IMG/VR virus record: IMGVR_UViG_3300037424_000495
Span: 64,001-128,000 of that record
Reading direction: 5' to 3' (one strand)
Length of the DNA: 64,000 bases
Source of the DNA: a virus
Lineage: Duplodnaviria > Heunggongvirae > Uroviricota > Caudoviricetes
Made by a program: the position numbers and the translations under genes. The notes beneath the pieces were generated by a model that was not told the DNA's origin, did no database searches, and saw nothing but the letters and a program-made list of their open reading frames with translations. Shown here piece after piece: positions 28,278 through 38,591 of the stretch. The first letter of the stretch is position 1. Every line of letters starts with the position of its first letter.

Positions 28278-28537
28278 TTCTGGCTTGGATTTGGTTTTGA
28301 TTCCTGCACACGAATAGGCTTACCATTCGCACCCGTTTTAACTGTCGTAGTTTTAATCGTCGGTGTTTTTTCCTTCAGTCCCTTAACACGCGAGATTCGA
28401 TTTTCTTCTTCAACACGAGCTTTCAGAGCCTCTACTTTCGCGGCTTTGACGACCGCATCCTTGGCTTGCTTAGTTGTGTTACCACCCGCAGCTAAACTGC
28501 AAGTCAGAATTAAACAGATAATCATTAAGTACCGCAT
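28274..28537 (-). CDS. Secreted hypothetical protein
   Basis: GAGGAG RBS; signal peptide. Confidence 0.6.
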   Translation of the reverse strand: MRYLMIICLILTCSLAAGGNTTKQAKDAVVKAAKVEALKARVEEENRISRVKGLKEKTPTIKTTTVKTGANGKPIRVQESKPNPSQK

Positions 28538-28623
28538 AGTAAAGTCTCCTCAGTGTGTATGTTACCTATTATAAATATAGCATAGGGTCAGAATGAATCA
28601 AAATAATGACGGGGCAATCCTGG

Positions 28624-29322
28624 CAGGGTCAAATGGCAAGCGCTTAGAGGCGCTTAGCGCCGGCGCGCTTAGAGATTTTGCGCTTAGAGACTACATGTTA
28701 AATGAAACCGCCGTATTCGAGACCGTTTACACGCTCTTAGGCGACGTAGCGGTGCTACTCAAAGAGTCACGGTGTATGCCACTATAACCGTCATAATTTG
28801 CCTAAACACTAGAAACCATGCCGGCACTCGAATACCCTCGGCCACCGCGAAACAGTTTCTAACCTCCACGGAGCAATCTGTTATCAATCTTCAGCCAGTC
28901 TTGCTGATCTTCAACTAATCTTACTGCGCTTCGACCGGTGCCTGTCTTTTTGCCGGTTGCACCAACGTATCCTTGGAGGCTGCATAAAGGGACAAGAAGT
29001 ATCCCTTTATGCAGCCTACTTCGTTGATCGCCAATTAACACTTGCCAAAGGCACATAGTCTGCATACACCACATGTGCCCTCAAAGATGTTTCTTCTACG
29101 ATGTATTCACCGTCAAACCAGCAAAAATTAGCTACGGTGATTGGTGACAAAGATTAGCGACAAAGATTCCTCGGAGATTCGAGGACAGTTTCTAGAACAT
29201 TTGGGAGGTGTCAAAGTCGCAATGAGAGTTCGATTAACAATAAAGCAATTTAAAATTCTACATGAATTTCGCCGGCGAAAATTTCCCCACGGTTTTCACC
29301 GGCGAAAATTTCTCCACGGTTA
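28624..29322. repeat. Non-coding module, copy 1 (GCGCTTAG repeats ... 45-bp element)
   Basis: CAGGGTCAAATGGCAA at 28624; GCGCTTAG at 28640, 28650, 28665, 28680; 45-bp element at 29278-29322. Confidence 0.65.
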
Positions 29323-29334
29323 GAATGCCTAGCG

Positions 29335-29664
29335 TTAAGCAAACCAATCATCAAAATCCGTCTGCCCGTTGCATCCGTTGTTTCCGTTACATCTCCTACC
29401 TGCGGTATCTTCGCCACCGCCGACACAACCGTTAATCCCAGGGCCTCCAATAGAGCCTCCGCACGCACCATGACACCCAGTGCAATCACACTCACCGTCA
29501 AGATCAAACAATTCGACAAGATTGATCGATGGCTCTTGTACTTTAGGCGGCCACATCAACAGAATTATACCGGCCGCCAATAGCGAGGGGAAAGCAATAT
29601 AGGACGGGGTCGGTGGAAATGCTGCAATCAGAATCAAAACAAAAGACGATAAGATCAGCCACAT
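29335..29664 (-). CDS. Membrane-anchored Cys/Gly-rich hypothetical
   Basis: GGAG RBS before ATG at 29664; two hydrophobic segments, CDCTGCHGAC. Confidence 0.4.
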   Translation of the reverse strand: MWLILSSFVLILIAAFPPTPSYIAFPSLLAAGIILLMWPPKVQEPSINLVELFDLDGECDCTGCHGACGGSIGGPGINGCVGGGEDTAGRRCNGNNGCNGQTDFDDWFA

Positions 29665-29994
29665 AGTGATTAACTCCAAGATTAAATCGATAAGATTCTT
29701 CAGTCTTACAGTTAAATCACTAGGCCCGCACAGAATTGGAGTACAACGTATCCAATGCAATAAAGAATGGCTGTGTTGCCAGCAAAGGGCCTCTTTAAGA
29801 AATGGTAGAAAAGTCATTTATTCAAGCATACCGTCGCGATGCTCTCACACACCGCCTCCTAGGTTATAGTAAATTGCTCCGTCACAACTCTATCACAATA
29901 TAGACGTAAGTCAAATTAAAATTTTTACTTGACTTACACCAATTTTGAAGTAGTATTAAATCGTGAGGCAAGCATTCCCTTGGAGAACACAACT

Positions 29995-30804
29995 ATGTGC
30001 AACAGCGTCATTTCTAAAAAGCAAGTTAAATCATTTCGAGCCGATTACATCAATGAACAGGGCGAAAACGAAACTTTAATTGCCCACGTTCGTTACGACG
30101 ATCAATGTGGCAATGGCCATAACACCTTTTCAATAACCGGGGACATCCGAGTAAAGAACCGCTGGGACCGGGGCGGCTGTATCCATGAGGACATTGCAAA
30201 ACGTCTTCCTGATCTTGCAAAATACATTAAGTGGCATCTATGCAACAGTGACGGACCCACGGGTTACATTCCCAACACTATTTATTTGGCCGGGAACAAA
30301 GATTGCTGGGGTCACGCCCCTGGCGAGCCATCTGATTATGCTTACGCTGTTAGATTTGCCGATTCACCCGTATCCCACCACATCCCGCATAGTTTTTGGA
30401 CGTTTTTAAAAGAACGTCACGGCACTGGCGACTTTCAAGTTGTCAGTATTGCACACGAAGAGACAAAAACTTTCGGGTGCGAAGCAACGCCGCACTACTC
30501 ACCAAAATACACGTTTGTTGGCTTTGCTGAACAATGGTATGAATGCCCCTTTGACAGCAAAATAGAGGCCGACGAATTTTGTGACGGAATGAACCACTAT
30601 CGAGTCGATTTTGTGACACTGGCCACGGCATTCAGCAAAGGAAAAGAACGTGAATTAGACGCCGCGCGCCGGGTAGCTATATGGCCGGAAGCTACGGATG
30701 AAGAACTAACTGTACCTGGCCTTAAAAACCGCCTAGAAGCGAGACTACCAGCTTTAATCGTCGAATTCCATCAAGCAATCGAAGAACTGGGTTTTATTTG
30801 GTAG
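29995..30804 (+). CDS. Hypothetical phage protein
   Basis: Promoter near 29929, GGAG RBS, long ORF. Confidence 0.7.
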   Translation: MCNSVISKKQVKSFRADYINEQGENETLIAHVRYDDQCGNGHNTFSITGDIRVKNRWDRGGCIHEDIAKRLPDLAKYIKWHLCNSDGPTGYIPNTIYLAGNKDCWGHAPGEPSDYAYAVRFADSPVSHHIPHSFWTFLKERHGTGDFQVVSIAHEETKTFGCEATPHYSPKYTFVGFAEQWYECPFDSKIEADEFCDGMNHYRVDFVTLATAFSKGKERELDAARRVAIWPEATDEELTVPGLKNRLEARLPALIVEFHQAIEELGFIW

Positions 30805-31093
30805 GAGACTACGTATGTTTAACTCTGAACTAGAACCCGCTCATCAACGCCTTACAGACGCCATTGCATTCCGCCAAAAAGCAGAAGGATGACATTTTAC
30901 AGCAACTTGCCGGCGTATGCTTTTGTCAATTTAATGCGCCGCCACTGGGGCGTAAACAAGAGGCTGAAAAACTCACAATGCAATGCCGCCAAAGACAACA
31001 AGACTTTGCAAAACTGCTTGATGACTTAGAACAGTGTCCAAACGCTGAAACTTTGGACCGTGCGAAAAATCTGTTATCATAGGAGTAACCACT

Positions 31094-31486
31094 GTGCAAG
31101 TATCATTACTATCTGGCCGTAGCTATACCGATCTGTCACCAATTCGTTTTGAAACACGGCCGCAACCCAAACCAGTTTTCTGGGCTGAAAATGCTAAGCA
31201 AGCAATTCGCCGCGCTTTTAGCCGCTTTATGACTGCCTACGGACCACTAAAACCAGCACGTAGATATTCATCAATTCAATTTGGCTGGGGCGATTGTGGG
31301 CTAGGAAGCATCGTAACCTACGCGCCTATCGGTACATTACATTGTGCTACCACCTTGACCCACGCCACTTGGATACTGGCGTTTTACTTCGGTAACAAAG
31401 CTGTAGATGCCATAAAGATTACTACTCCAATCACGGCATTCGAGGATGTAATCGATATCGCCGTGGAAGCTTTACACGTTGGATAA
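31094..31486 (+). CDS. Hypothetical protein
   Basis: AGGAG RBS, GTG start. Confidence 0.55.
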   Translation: MQVSLLSGRSYTDLSPIRFETRPQPKPVFWAENAKQAIRRAFSRFMTAYGPLKPARRYSSIQFGWGDCGLGSIVTYAPIGTLHCATTLTHATWILAFYFGNKAVDAIKITTPITAFEDVIDIAVEALHVG

Positions 31487-31778
31487 AACCATGCCACAAG
31501 AACCGCGTGAATTACTTTGTATACGTGTGGGCGACGCCGGGGAGTATGAAACTTTTGACACCTTAGACGCCGCCATCGATTACTTGAATGACCTACAAGT
31601 CGGACAAGTAACAAACTGGTTCCTCGGGCCGTGGGCATTCGGTTTCGAGACGCCGAATTATTGGGAAGTTGATTATATAGTATGTTATTGGGGTACTACT
31701 AACCAAAACTTTACACGCCCGTTAAACACCGCTGAAAAGACACTAATTGAAACACGCCTGAAAATGGCATTTATTTAA
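31479..31778 (+). CDS. Hypothetical protein
   Basis: In operon chain. Confidence 0.55.
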   Translation: MDKTMPQEPRELLCIRVGDAGEYETFDTLDAAIDYLNDLQVGQVTNWFLGPWAFGFETPNYWEVDYIVCYWGTTNQNFTRPLNTAEKTLIETRLKMAFI

Positions 31779-31801
31779 CAATAAAGGGGTTACACGTTGC
31801 C

Positions 31802-32077
31802 ATGAAAAAAGTACCGTTACGAGGCCGCGCCTTTTGGGAAAGATGTGTCCGCATGTACGAAACCTGTATTGCCGCGCATGGAAGCAACCGCCAAGGCTAT
31901 ATCAATTACTGGCATTACCGGCTGGGTAAACCAAAAGCTGAAGCAATCAATCAATTCGAGCAAGACACCCAACTACTAGCGGCTTGCAAACAAAAAGCCG
32001 CCGCCGGCCACAAACCACATCGACGGACTGACAAAGCACACACTAAAACCCAGGAAAATCTTTTTTATTCAATTTGA
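31802..32077 (+). CDS. Hypothetical protein
   Basis: In operon chain. Confidence 0.5.
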   Translation: MKKVPLRGRAFWERCVRMYETCIAAHGSNRQGYINYWHYRLGKPKAEAINQFEQDTQLLAACKQKAAAGHKPHRRTDKAHTKTQENLFYSI

Positions 32078-32101
32078 CTTACACCAAATTTGTAGTATAG
32101 T
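32074..32101 (+). promoter_or_regulatory. Sigma70-like promoter, cassette family
   Basis: TTGACTTACACCAAATTTGTAGTATAGT; siblings at about 29929 and 33552. Confidence 0.7.
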
Positions 32102-32382
32102 TATAATATACAAAGTTAATCTTTAACATGAAGGAGGGAATAATGCTGTTGGCAATCTTTATGGTTGCCTTACTAACTCTAGCCCTATCGCAACCGGAAA
32201 TCAATAAAGTTTCAGATGTTTCCGGTCCATTGAACCCCTTGAATAGAAAATACATCAAAGTTCATTGGAAAACTGATTACGGTTAGCGAGAAACAACACA
32301 TAAATAAGATAGGGAAGTCAGCGGCCGGCAATAACACCGGCCGCCGGCTATAGTGAGGCAAATAATCCACACGGAGAACACA

Positions 32383-32697
32383 ATGAGCACAACACTAGAC
32401 ACTGCCAAAGAAACTGATGTTGTCATCTTTCGTAAATGGAAAGACGGTTCTAGCATTATTGCGCTTTTCCCAGAAATACCGGCCGACAACCACGGTCGAT
32501 TCTGTGAAAGTTATGAACACGTCGGCCAACACGGCGGTGCAGATTATCATGGTGTCATATCACAATCAAAACCAGCCACTACCACAGAGGCAAAAGATTT
32601 ACACGATGAATTGTCACATCGTGGTTACAATTTAAAAATCATGCGCCGAGCTACTTCAAGACACCACCTAAAACGACTTGCGGCCGCGCGTATATAA
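32383..32697 (+). CDS. Hypothetical protein
   Basis: GGAG RBS; VIFRKW...IIALFPE...YEHVGQHGGAD. Confidence 0.7.
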   Translation: MSTTLDTAKETDVVIFRKWKDGSSIIALFPEIPADNHGRFCESYEHVGQHGGADYHGVISQSKPATTTEAKDLHDELSHRGYNLKIMRRATSRHHLKRLAAARI

Positions 32698-32742
32698 ACA
32701 AAAGCATAAAACCATTGCACCTTACACTATTAGACCGCGACA

Positions 32743-32973
32743 ATGAAGCAAAAACTACCCTGCAAAAAACACACTGTAGCCTTAACTGCCGCCGAAAAAG
32801 CCGCTTGCCGTCGAGCTGAAGAAGCATCCCGCTCCGGCTTACCGATCTGCGACAAAACACGCCACCACGTTGCTAGCGCCCGCCGCAAGTTGTATTTGTG
32901 GCGATATGGCAGGGAAGAAATAATTGCACCGCCACTTGTGCCAGAATCAAGTGTTTGTGGCCATTGTCATTAA
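32743..32973 (+). CDS. Small basic hypothetical protein
   Basis: In operon chain. Confidence 0.45.
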   Translation: MKQKLPCKKHTVALTAAEKAACRRAEEASRSGLPICDKTRHHVASARRKLYLWRYGREEIIAPPLVPESSVCGHCH

Positions 32974-32990
32974 ATTAGAGGAACACTACT

Positions 32991-33536
32991 ATGCTGACAT
33001 TCAAGGAAATCAACACCGGAACATTCCAAACCACTGACGGGGAGGACTGGTGGGTCTATGGCAAAGAATCGCCGACTGTCTTAAATTGCACCCTGATTGG
33101 GCATATTTGCCTTGTCACAGGTAAAACAAAAGACATACCTTGTAATGAATTGACTTTGTTAAAAGTCTACAATTGCGGCACTCGAATATCAACAAAGAAT
33201 AAAGTTGGTTGGTCAAGCAACGTGCGTTTTATCGTTTATATGCACAAATCACCTTTTGGGCGGGAAAAAATCGTAATCGTTAAAGATTGTGGAGGTGGTC
33301 CATACTTCTATGTTGTCGATCAACTCGATTTTCATGCAACTTGGCTAGCCCTTAGCCAACTAACCAATGTCAGTGACGCTATCGGCTGGGACATACTTTC
33401 TGCCCTCACTGGCACGTATGATAAAGGATACGAAGAAGGTAATAAGAAGATGGGCACCCTCTTCCTAGAAAACCGCCTTAAAAGACGTAAGCGAAAAGAT
33501 GCTTATCACCTCGAAATCTTACCGGCAACCAAATAA
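32991..33536 (+). CDS. Hypothetical protein
   Basis: GAGG RBS; ends just before a promoter. Confidence 0.6.
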   Translation: MLTFKEINTGTFQTTDGEDWWVYGKESPTVLNCTLIGHICLVTGKTKDIPCNELTLLKVYNCGTRISTKNKVGWSSNVRFIVYMHKSPFGREKIVIVKDCGGGPYFYVVDQLDFHATWLALSQLTNVSDAIGWDILSALTGTYDKGYEEGNKKMGTLFLENRLKRRKRKDAYHLEILPATK

Positions 33537-33634
33537 AATGTAAATTTTAGTTTGACTTACACCAAAATTGTAGTATTGTTATAAAGTGAGGTTAAACAAA
33601 CAACTGACTACCATGAGACTACTGTGAGGCAACT

Positions 33635-34033
33635 ATGAGCAACACCGCCACGCTAACGCAACTTGACAATTTCACAAAAGCATACTTGGAATGTATACTT
33701 TGGGCCGAAACCGATGATGTAGGAGATCCACTAGACGACACGCACACAATTGAAGATTTTGCACCGGAAGCAATTGCAAAAGCCGTCGATGATTGTGCCC
33801 GCTTCCAAGCTGCCAATGTCACCGAGCTAGCCCGCTATGATTCACCGCATTGGACTGCCGAGGAACTTGGAGGACACGATCTTTGGCTTACACGTAACCA
33901 CCACGGTGCCGGTTTTTGGGATCGTGATGACTGCTTACCGAAAGAGGCAAGGGACCGATTAACTGCCGCCGCTGAAGCCGTCCGTGAGTGTTTTGTCTAC
34001 GTAGGCGATGATGGAAACATTTATTTAGACTAA
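33635..34033 (+). CDS. Acidic hypothetical phage protein
   Basis: Promoter at 33552, GAGG RBS; GHDLWLTRNHHGAGFWDRD. Confidence 0.7.
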   Translation: MSNTATLTQLDNFTKAYLECILWAETDDVGDPLDDTHTIEDFAPEAIAKAVDDCARFQAANVTELARYDSPHWTAEELGGHDLWLTRNHHGAGFWDRDDCLPKEARDRLTAAAEAVRECFVYVGDDGNIYLD

Positions 34034-34124
34034 GTTGTGTTGCTCCTGGCCGGGTTTTCCGACCCTCACCGGAAACCCGGCCGCTCCTTAAATCAACCTA
34101 GAGCCGTTACTATGAGCCAACACT

Positions 34125-34298
34125 ATGGGCAACCACTTAAAATTCTGTAGTTGTAAAACATGCCGAGCCGGCCGGCATCGCGCCGGCAGCAAAGCAATGA
34201 TTAAGCGTGCAAGCCGTCGCTTGCGGTATGAGACTAAAAACGCTCTAAATAAAGGCAAAGAACCGCCAGATAAAGGCTCTGTCTCATACACCGATTAA
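34125..34298 (+). CDS. 57-aa basic hypothetical protein (not in ORF track)
   Basis: MGNHLKFCSCKTCRAGRHRAGSKAMIKRASRRLRYETKNALNKGKEPPDKGSVSYTD. Confidence 0.45.
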   Translation: MGNHLKFCSCKTCRAGRHRAGSKAMIKRASRRLRYETKNALNKGKEPPDKGSVSYTD

Positions 34299-34526
34299 CC
34301 TAACCAATTTAAAAAGGAGGCTGCCCGACACTACGCTAATATAACCCATTTGATGACGAACTTAGTTAGATGACACCGCAAGTTATTAACTACTTTGCTA
34401 TTCTAACACAAGGAACAAAACCATGAAAAATTAGGCTATTGAAACTAGAAGCATCCAAACAACCCGACTGAACTTGATTCAGCCGGGTTGTTCTATTGCG
34501 GAGGGTCAATTGGAGTCAGAATAGCA

Positions 34527-35242
34527 CAGGGTCAAATTGGCAATCGAAATTTTTAAAGCGCTTAGAGGCGCTGAATCGATCGGCGCTTAGCATTATTGGG
34601 GGGCCTCACAACAGAAATAATTCTATCAGGCGTACCGGAGCCACTCGCCTACTCATTCACGCACTCCTTGCAACCGCCCCCCCAATAATGCTAACTACAT
34701 CCCGCCACCAATCATGGCAACTACCTGGCCATTTATAATTATCCTTGATGGTTAACGTCAATCGGCTAAAAGGCTAACTGGTTGACGTTAATCATCAAGC
34801 TTCAGCCAGCCGGGAACATTAGACACTGTTTAGAATTACGACCTAGCTATAAACACCGCCAGCCGTAAGTATCGACCATTTAGAGCAACACCAACCGCCG
34901 CACCGACCATTGACTCATCTGTGCCTTCGTTGATTGACCGAACCAATCAAACCATTCTAGTCGTTGCCCCACGTTACAAGGACACAAGCAAGCTAGAGAT
35001 GCCGACAGTGGCTTAAAGACCAGCAGCGTTTAAACGCTATTGTTTTTAACAGATTAAGACTCTTTGAATTGAATGGCTTTTAGATGCTTGGAAGTTTAGA
35101 TTATTAGGGTCTTAGATGTTTAAATGCTTAGCTTCTTGGAGGTTTTGAAGTTTAGAAACTGATTGAAAACAAAATCCGCCATCAACATCTTCACAGCAAA
35201 ATTTCCCTACGGTTTTCACCGGCGAAAAATTCGCCACGGTTA
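34527..35242. repeat. Non-coding module, copy 2
   Basis: CAGGGTCAAATTGGCAA at 34527; GCGCTTAG at 34558 and 34583; 45-bp element at 35198-35242 (3 mismatches to copy 1). Confidence 0.65.
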
Positions 35243-35361
35243 ATATCTTTAGGCACCCATCAAATTGACTGTTAAAATCCTTGCAGCCGGCACAACCGTT
35301 AAAATTGGAACTACCCTAAGAATCTGCTTAATAGTTTAGATCGACCTAATCCATAGCACCA

Positions 35362-35580
35362 ATATATATATATATATATAGGCCGGGCGCGTGATCGGTA
35401 AGCCGGGCGGACCCAGAGCAAGGCCGGGCGGACCCAGAGCAAGGCCGGGCGGACCCAGAGCAAGGCCGGGCGGACCCAGGGCAAGCGGGGCGGACCCAGA
35501 GCAAGCCGGGCGGGCGCGTGATCGGCAAGGCCGGGCGGACCCAGGGCAAGCCGGGCGGACCGAGGGCAAGGCCGGGCGCA
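35362..35580. repeat. (AT)n tract followed by GC-rich 20-21-bp tandem repeats (GCAAGGCCGGGCGGACCCAGA, about 9 units)
   Basis: Directly visible; lies where the + and - gene blocks converge. Confidence 0.9.
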
Positions 35581-35676
35581 TAGTGTCCTGAGTATTTTAT
35601 TCTTTCCTAAGTGTAACCATTGAATAAATCGAACCCATAAACCCGGCCGCGCGTAGTTGTTCAATATGCCCTCCTT

Positions 35677-36024
35677 TTATCGTTGCCGCAACCGATGCAA
35701 GAGCGCTTGGCGCACTCTTGAACCAAGACAAGGGGCAATCCAATCTAACACAATTCGGTTGCCAATAAATTGCCGCAAGCGTACTAACTCCGTTTGATAA
35801 TCGTCTTGCGCTTTTCTTCCGCGAGGATACTTTACATCCTTTAAGTTTATTCGATCTTGGACCCCGTGAAAGAATTCACGAACAATATCAAGACCCCTGC
35901 AAGGTCCATAATCAATTAGACCACGATTAAAAGCATCTTGAGGGTGTTGTTTAGCGGTTTTAATAGCGTTAACATAGGCGCGCATGGAAACCCGCTTGCC
36001 GTCTCCTAGTCGAATTGTTAGCAT
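35677..36024 (-). CDS. Hypothetical protein
   Basis: AGGAG RBS; - strand chain. Confidence 0.6.
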   Translation of the reverse strand: MLTIRLGDGKRVSMRAYVNAIKTAKQHPQDAFNRGLIDYGPCRGLDIVREFFHGVQDRINLKDVKYPRGRKAQDDYQTELVRLRQFIGNRIVLDWIAPCLGSRVRQALLHRLRQR

Positions 36025-36039
36025 CGTTGACTCCTAGAG

Positions 36040-36798
36040 TTAAATTGTTTCCGCGCACTCTTCCGGCACTGTTGCAACGTAACAAGCACCGATGAAACCG
36101 GCCGCGCGTAGTTGTTCAACGCGCTCAATTGCTTCATATTCGATAGAATACTCCTCCTTTTCTTCCCCGGGATCATTCCAAGTTACAACATAGCAAACTG
36201 CCCATTTTGCAACATCGTCAAACGATATTGAATCAACTATTTTTTCAAAGTTGACATACACCCCGCCCTCATCGACCTCAAAACCGGCGTCATTGACTTC
36301 GTCAAAAAATGCGCGCAAGTTATCCGGCCAAACAAAATCATTGTCAGAAAACTGTTTCTCAAGCGCTTTTTCAAAATCAGATCGGATATAATCAGCCCAA
36401 GCGCTTTCAATCTCTTCCGCCTCTTTTTGGCTATACAACTCTTCGTCAAGAATCGGATAATCTTCCAATCGTTTCCATAGTTCATAGAATTTTTGAAACG
36501 CGCGCGTAATCCGCCCTTTGTTGTTGTAAACTTTGATTGACCACCCGTTGACGAATCCGCAAGCCCAATGCCTATGGGTTTCCTCCTTTGCGGTTTTCGG
36601 AAATTTCGATAATTCCTTGCGGATAACTTCAGCATTCGATTTATCTAGAATGCCGCTATCCCGATTATCAGTGTAAACAATACACCACTTTTCGGCATCG
36701 TCTGGCTTATCATGCCAAGAGAAACAATCGAATTCTTGCCAATTGCCTACCAATTGACTAGCGGCCGCCTCTAGTGTCTTTTCTAATGTTGCTATCAT
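36040..36798 (-). CDS. Acidic hypothetical phage protein
   Basis: HRHWACGFV...LEDYPILDEE; - strand chain. Confidence 0.7.
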   Translation of the reverse strand: MIATLEKTLEAAASQLVGNWQEFDCFSWHDKPDDAEKWCIVYTDNRDSGILDKSNAEVIRKELSKFPKTAKEETHRHWACGFVNGWSIKVYNNKGRITRAFQKFYELWKRLEDYPILDEELYSQKEAEEIESAWADYIRSDFEKALEKQFSDNDFVWPDNLRAFFDEVNDAGFEVDEGGVYVNFEKIVDSISFDDVAKWAVCYVVTWNDPGEEKEEYSIEYEAIERVEQLRAAGFIGACYVATVPEECAETI

Positions 36799-36800
36799 GG

Positions 36801-37283
36801 TTAGATTGTCTCCAGAAGTTTAATAGTCACCGTTACGCGCCGATATGTTATAGATTCATAATCATCAATCTTGCCACCACTTGACCATTGCCCCATGATC
36901 ATATTCTCCCCAAGAGGTTGCATCTCGTTTGCTTCCCCAAGATAGTATGCGGCAATATACCACTCCAGTGCTTTCCACTCTTCCGGCACATTGCCAGCAA
37001 GTTGAAAACAAACAGGATGACTTACAATAATAGTGGGGTTTCCATACAGTTTTTTATCGACGCGCGTTTTTCGTATGTAACATCTAACACGCCCTAAAAG
37101 CATAATCCCCTTGCGTCGATACGAACCGGGATTGCTCGCCCCTTCTGGCGCTTCGCAAGTTTGCTCATAATAACACCCGTCAATAGTTTGGGTATTTTTC
37201 CCGCCGGTTTGGAAAGTCAATCGAACCGGGCGCACTATATCACAGCATGTAGATAAGTGTTTAATCAATGCTTTCATTATCAA
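36801..37283 (-). CDS. Hypothetical protein
   Basis: - strand chain. Confidence 0.6.
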   Translation of the reverse strand: MIMKALIKHLSTCCDIVRPVRLTFQTGGKNTQTIDGCYYEQTCEAPEGASNPGSYRRKGIMLLGRVRCYIRKTRVDKKLYGNPTIIVSHPVCFQLAGNVPEEWKALEWYIAAYYLGEANEMQPLGENMIMGQWSSGGKIDDYESITYRRVTVTIKLLETI

Positions 37284-37792
37284 CGCCCTCCTTTAATAAC
37301 TTGAATTGATTTAAACGGGGTGCCAAAAACAGCCCCACCTCCTAAAGAATTCCGGCGTTTAATCTCTAGATGACAAGGTGCCCACCCGGTTGACTTGCCA
37401 ACTATAAAACGGCGCTTTTCATCGAAACTATCGACCACCTGAACACGCTTGCCCTCTAGCCCAATTAGTTGCGGGGTAAGAAAAACAGGGCAACACTTAC
37501 CGGTTGCGCGTAAATGTTGATGGGCAGTATCCAACACCTGCAGATAATTGCGGTATGCGTCAATTGTCCCGCGCTTAACTTTTTTAATTTCCGACAAACA
37601 GCGCGGTAAATAAGGTGTAATTTCCCAATTATCCCGCAACCATTGCCCAATGGCTTTTTGCCACGTTAGACAAACATCAAAACCCAAGCAGGTGTAGCCA
37701 TTCCCGCAAGGAATAACATACAAACATTGATCTTTGTTGATTGATACTTTATCCACGGTTGTACCTCTTATAGCTTGGCGAATTGTGCCCAA
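37280..37792 (-). CDS. Hypothetical protein
   Basis: - strand chain; RRFIVGKSTGWAPCHLEI. Confidence 0.65.
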   Translation of the reverse strand: MGTIRQAIRGTTVDKVSINKDQCLYVIPCGNGYTCLGFDVCLTWQKAIGQWLRDNWEITPYLPRCLSEIKKVKRGTIDAYRNYLQVLDTAHQHLRATGKCCPVFLTPQLIGLEGKRVQVVDSFDEKRRFIVGKSTGWAPCHLEIKRRNSLGGGAVFGTPFKSIQVIKGGR

Positions 37793-38580
37793 TCAATAAC
37801 GCTTACCATTGTTCCCTTGCTGTCCCAATTACATTTTCCGGCGGGGTCTAGATAGTAAATGGTGTATTCTCGAACCCCGAAAACCGTTCCATAGTGTAAC
37901 TTAGAGCGGTTATACAACTCTTCGGCCGCGCTCAATATGCGCTCTTGCTCTTTACTGGCATGGTTTACGCGCCACCATGCAAAGAGATAATCCCAAAGCC
38001 ATTCAGCCAATAACGCCGGTTGACATCGACGGCGCTTAAGATAGTCGGGGTTCTTCGTATACTGCCCATTTCGGCATTGAATAAATTCGGATTCATGCGG
38101 CCGGTTGCCAATATCCTCTTCGACGTAATCAAGTGCGTCTATGTCCGCGCGCTCTTCAGCCGGTTTATTATTCCAGTCTTCCGCTTGAATAATAACCTTA
38201 TAGACAATATGACCATCAACCAAACCGATTACATCGGTAATATGCGTATGGCATAAACGGCGGGGATGATAGGATGTAAGATCGACATTTGGCAACGGGT
38301 CTATAAACCCAGTGCGCTTTTCTAATTCGCGCCGATAAGGTTCGACAAACTTATGATCTAACGCGCTATCACAATAAAACCAAAGGCGCTTAGAGGGCTT
38401 GGATTCATAAACCAATTGACCCCTTTGGATTGCTTGCGCGTACTCGATTAGGCTTTCGGAATTCTCTTGATCGAAAATCCGAAAATGTTTTGACAAATCG
38501 ACCACTTCTTCAGAATTCTCGGCGGTTATCGTTAGATAACCTCCCCCGTCTTCTTGTATTTCAGCATGTTTAAAAATCAT
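37768..38580 (-). CDS. Hypothetical protein
   Basis: 270-aa ORF in - strand chain. Confidence 0.65.
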   Translation of the reverse strand: MIFKHAEIQEDGGGYLTITAENSEEVVDLSKHFRIFDQENSESLIEYAQAIQRGQLVYESKPSKRLWFYCDSALDHKFVEPYRRELEKRTGFIDPLPNVDLTSYHPRRLCHTHITDVIGLVDGHIVYKVIIQAEDWNNKPAEERADIDALDYVEEDIGNRPHESEFIQCRNGQYTKNPDYLKRRRCQPALLAEWLWDYLFAWWRVNHASKEQERILSAAEELYNRSKLHYGTVFGVREYTIYYLDPAGKCNWDSKGTMVSVIDWAQFAKL

Positions 38581-38591
38581 AGTTGTTTACC

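Noticed and set aside
30191-30203. 13-nt match ACATTGCAAAACG to spacer 1
   Set aside because: About the length expected by chance for 15 spacers against 64 kb on both strands; the flanks do not match.
34048-34082. Strong GC hairpin after ORF 33635-34033 as a novel RNA
   Set aside because: Position fits an ordinary terminator or stability hairpin; there is no further structure.
35311-35664. Repeat-encoded ORFs (WVRPALL, GGPRARP)
   Set aside because: Open frames follow from the 21-bp GC-rich period; not listed as CDS without translation evidence.
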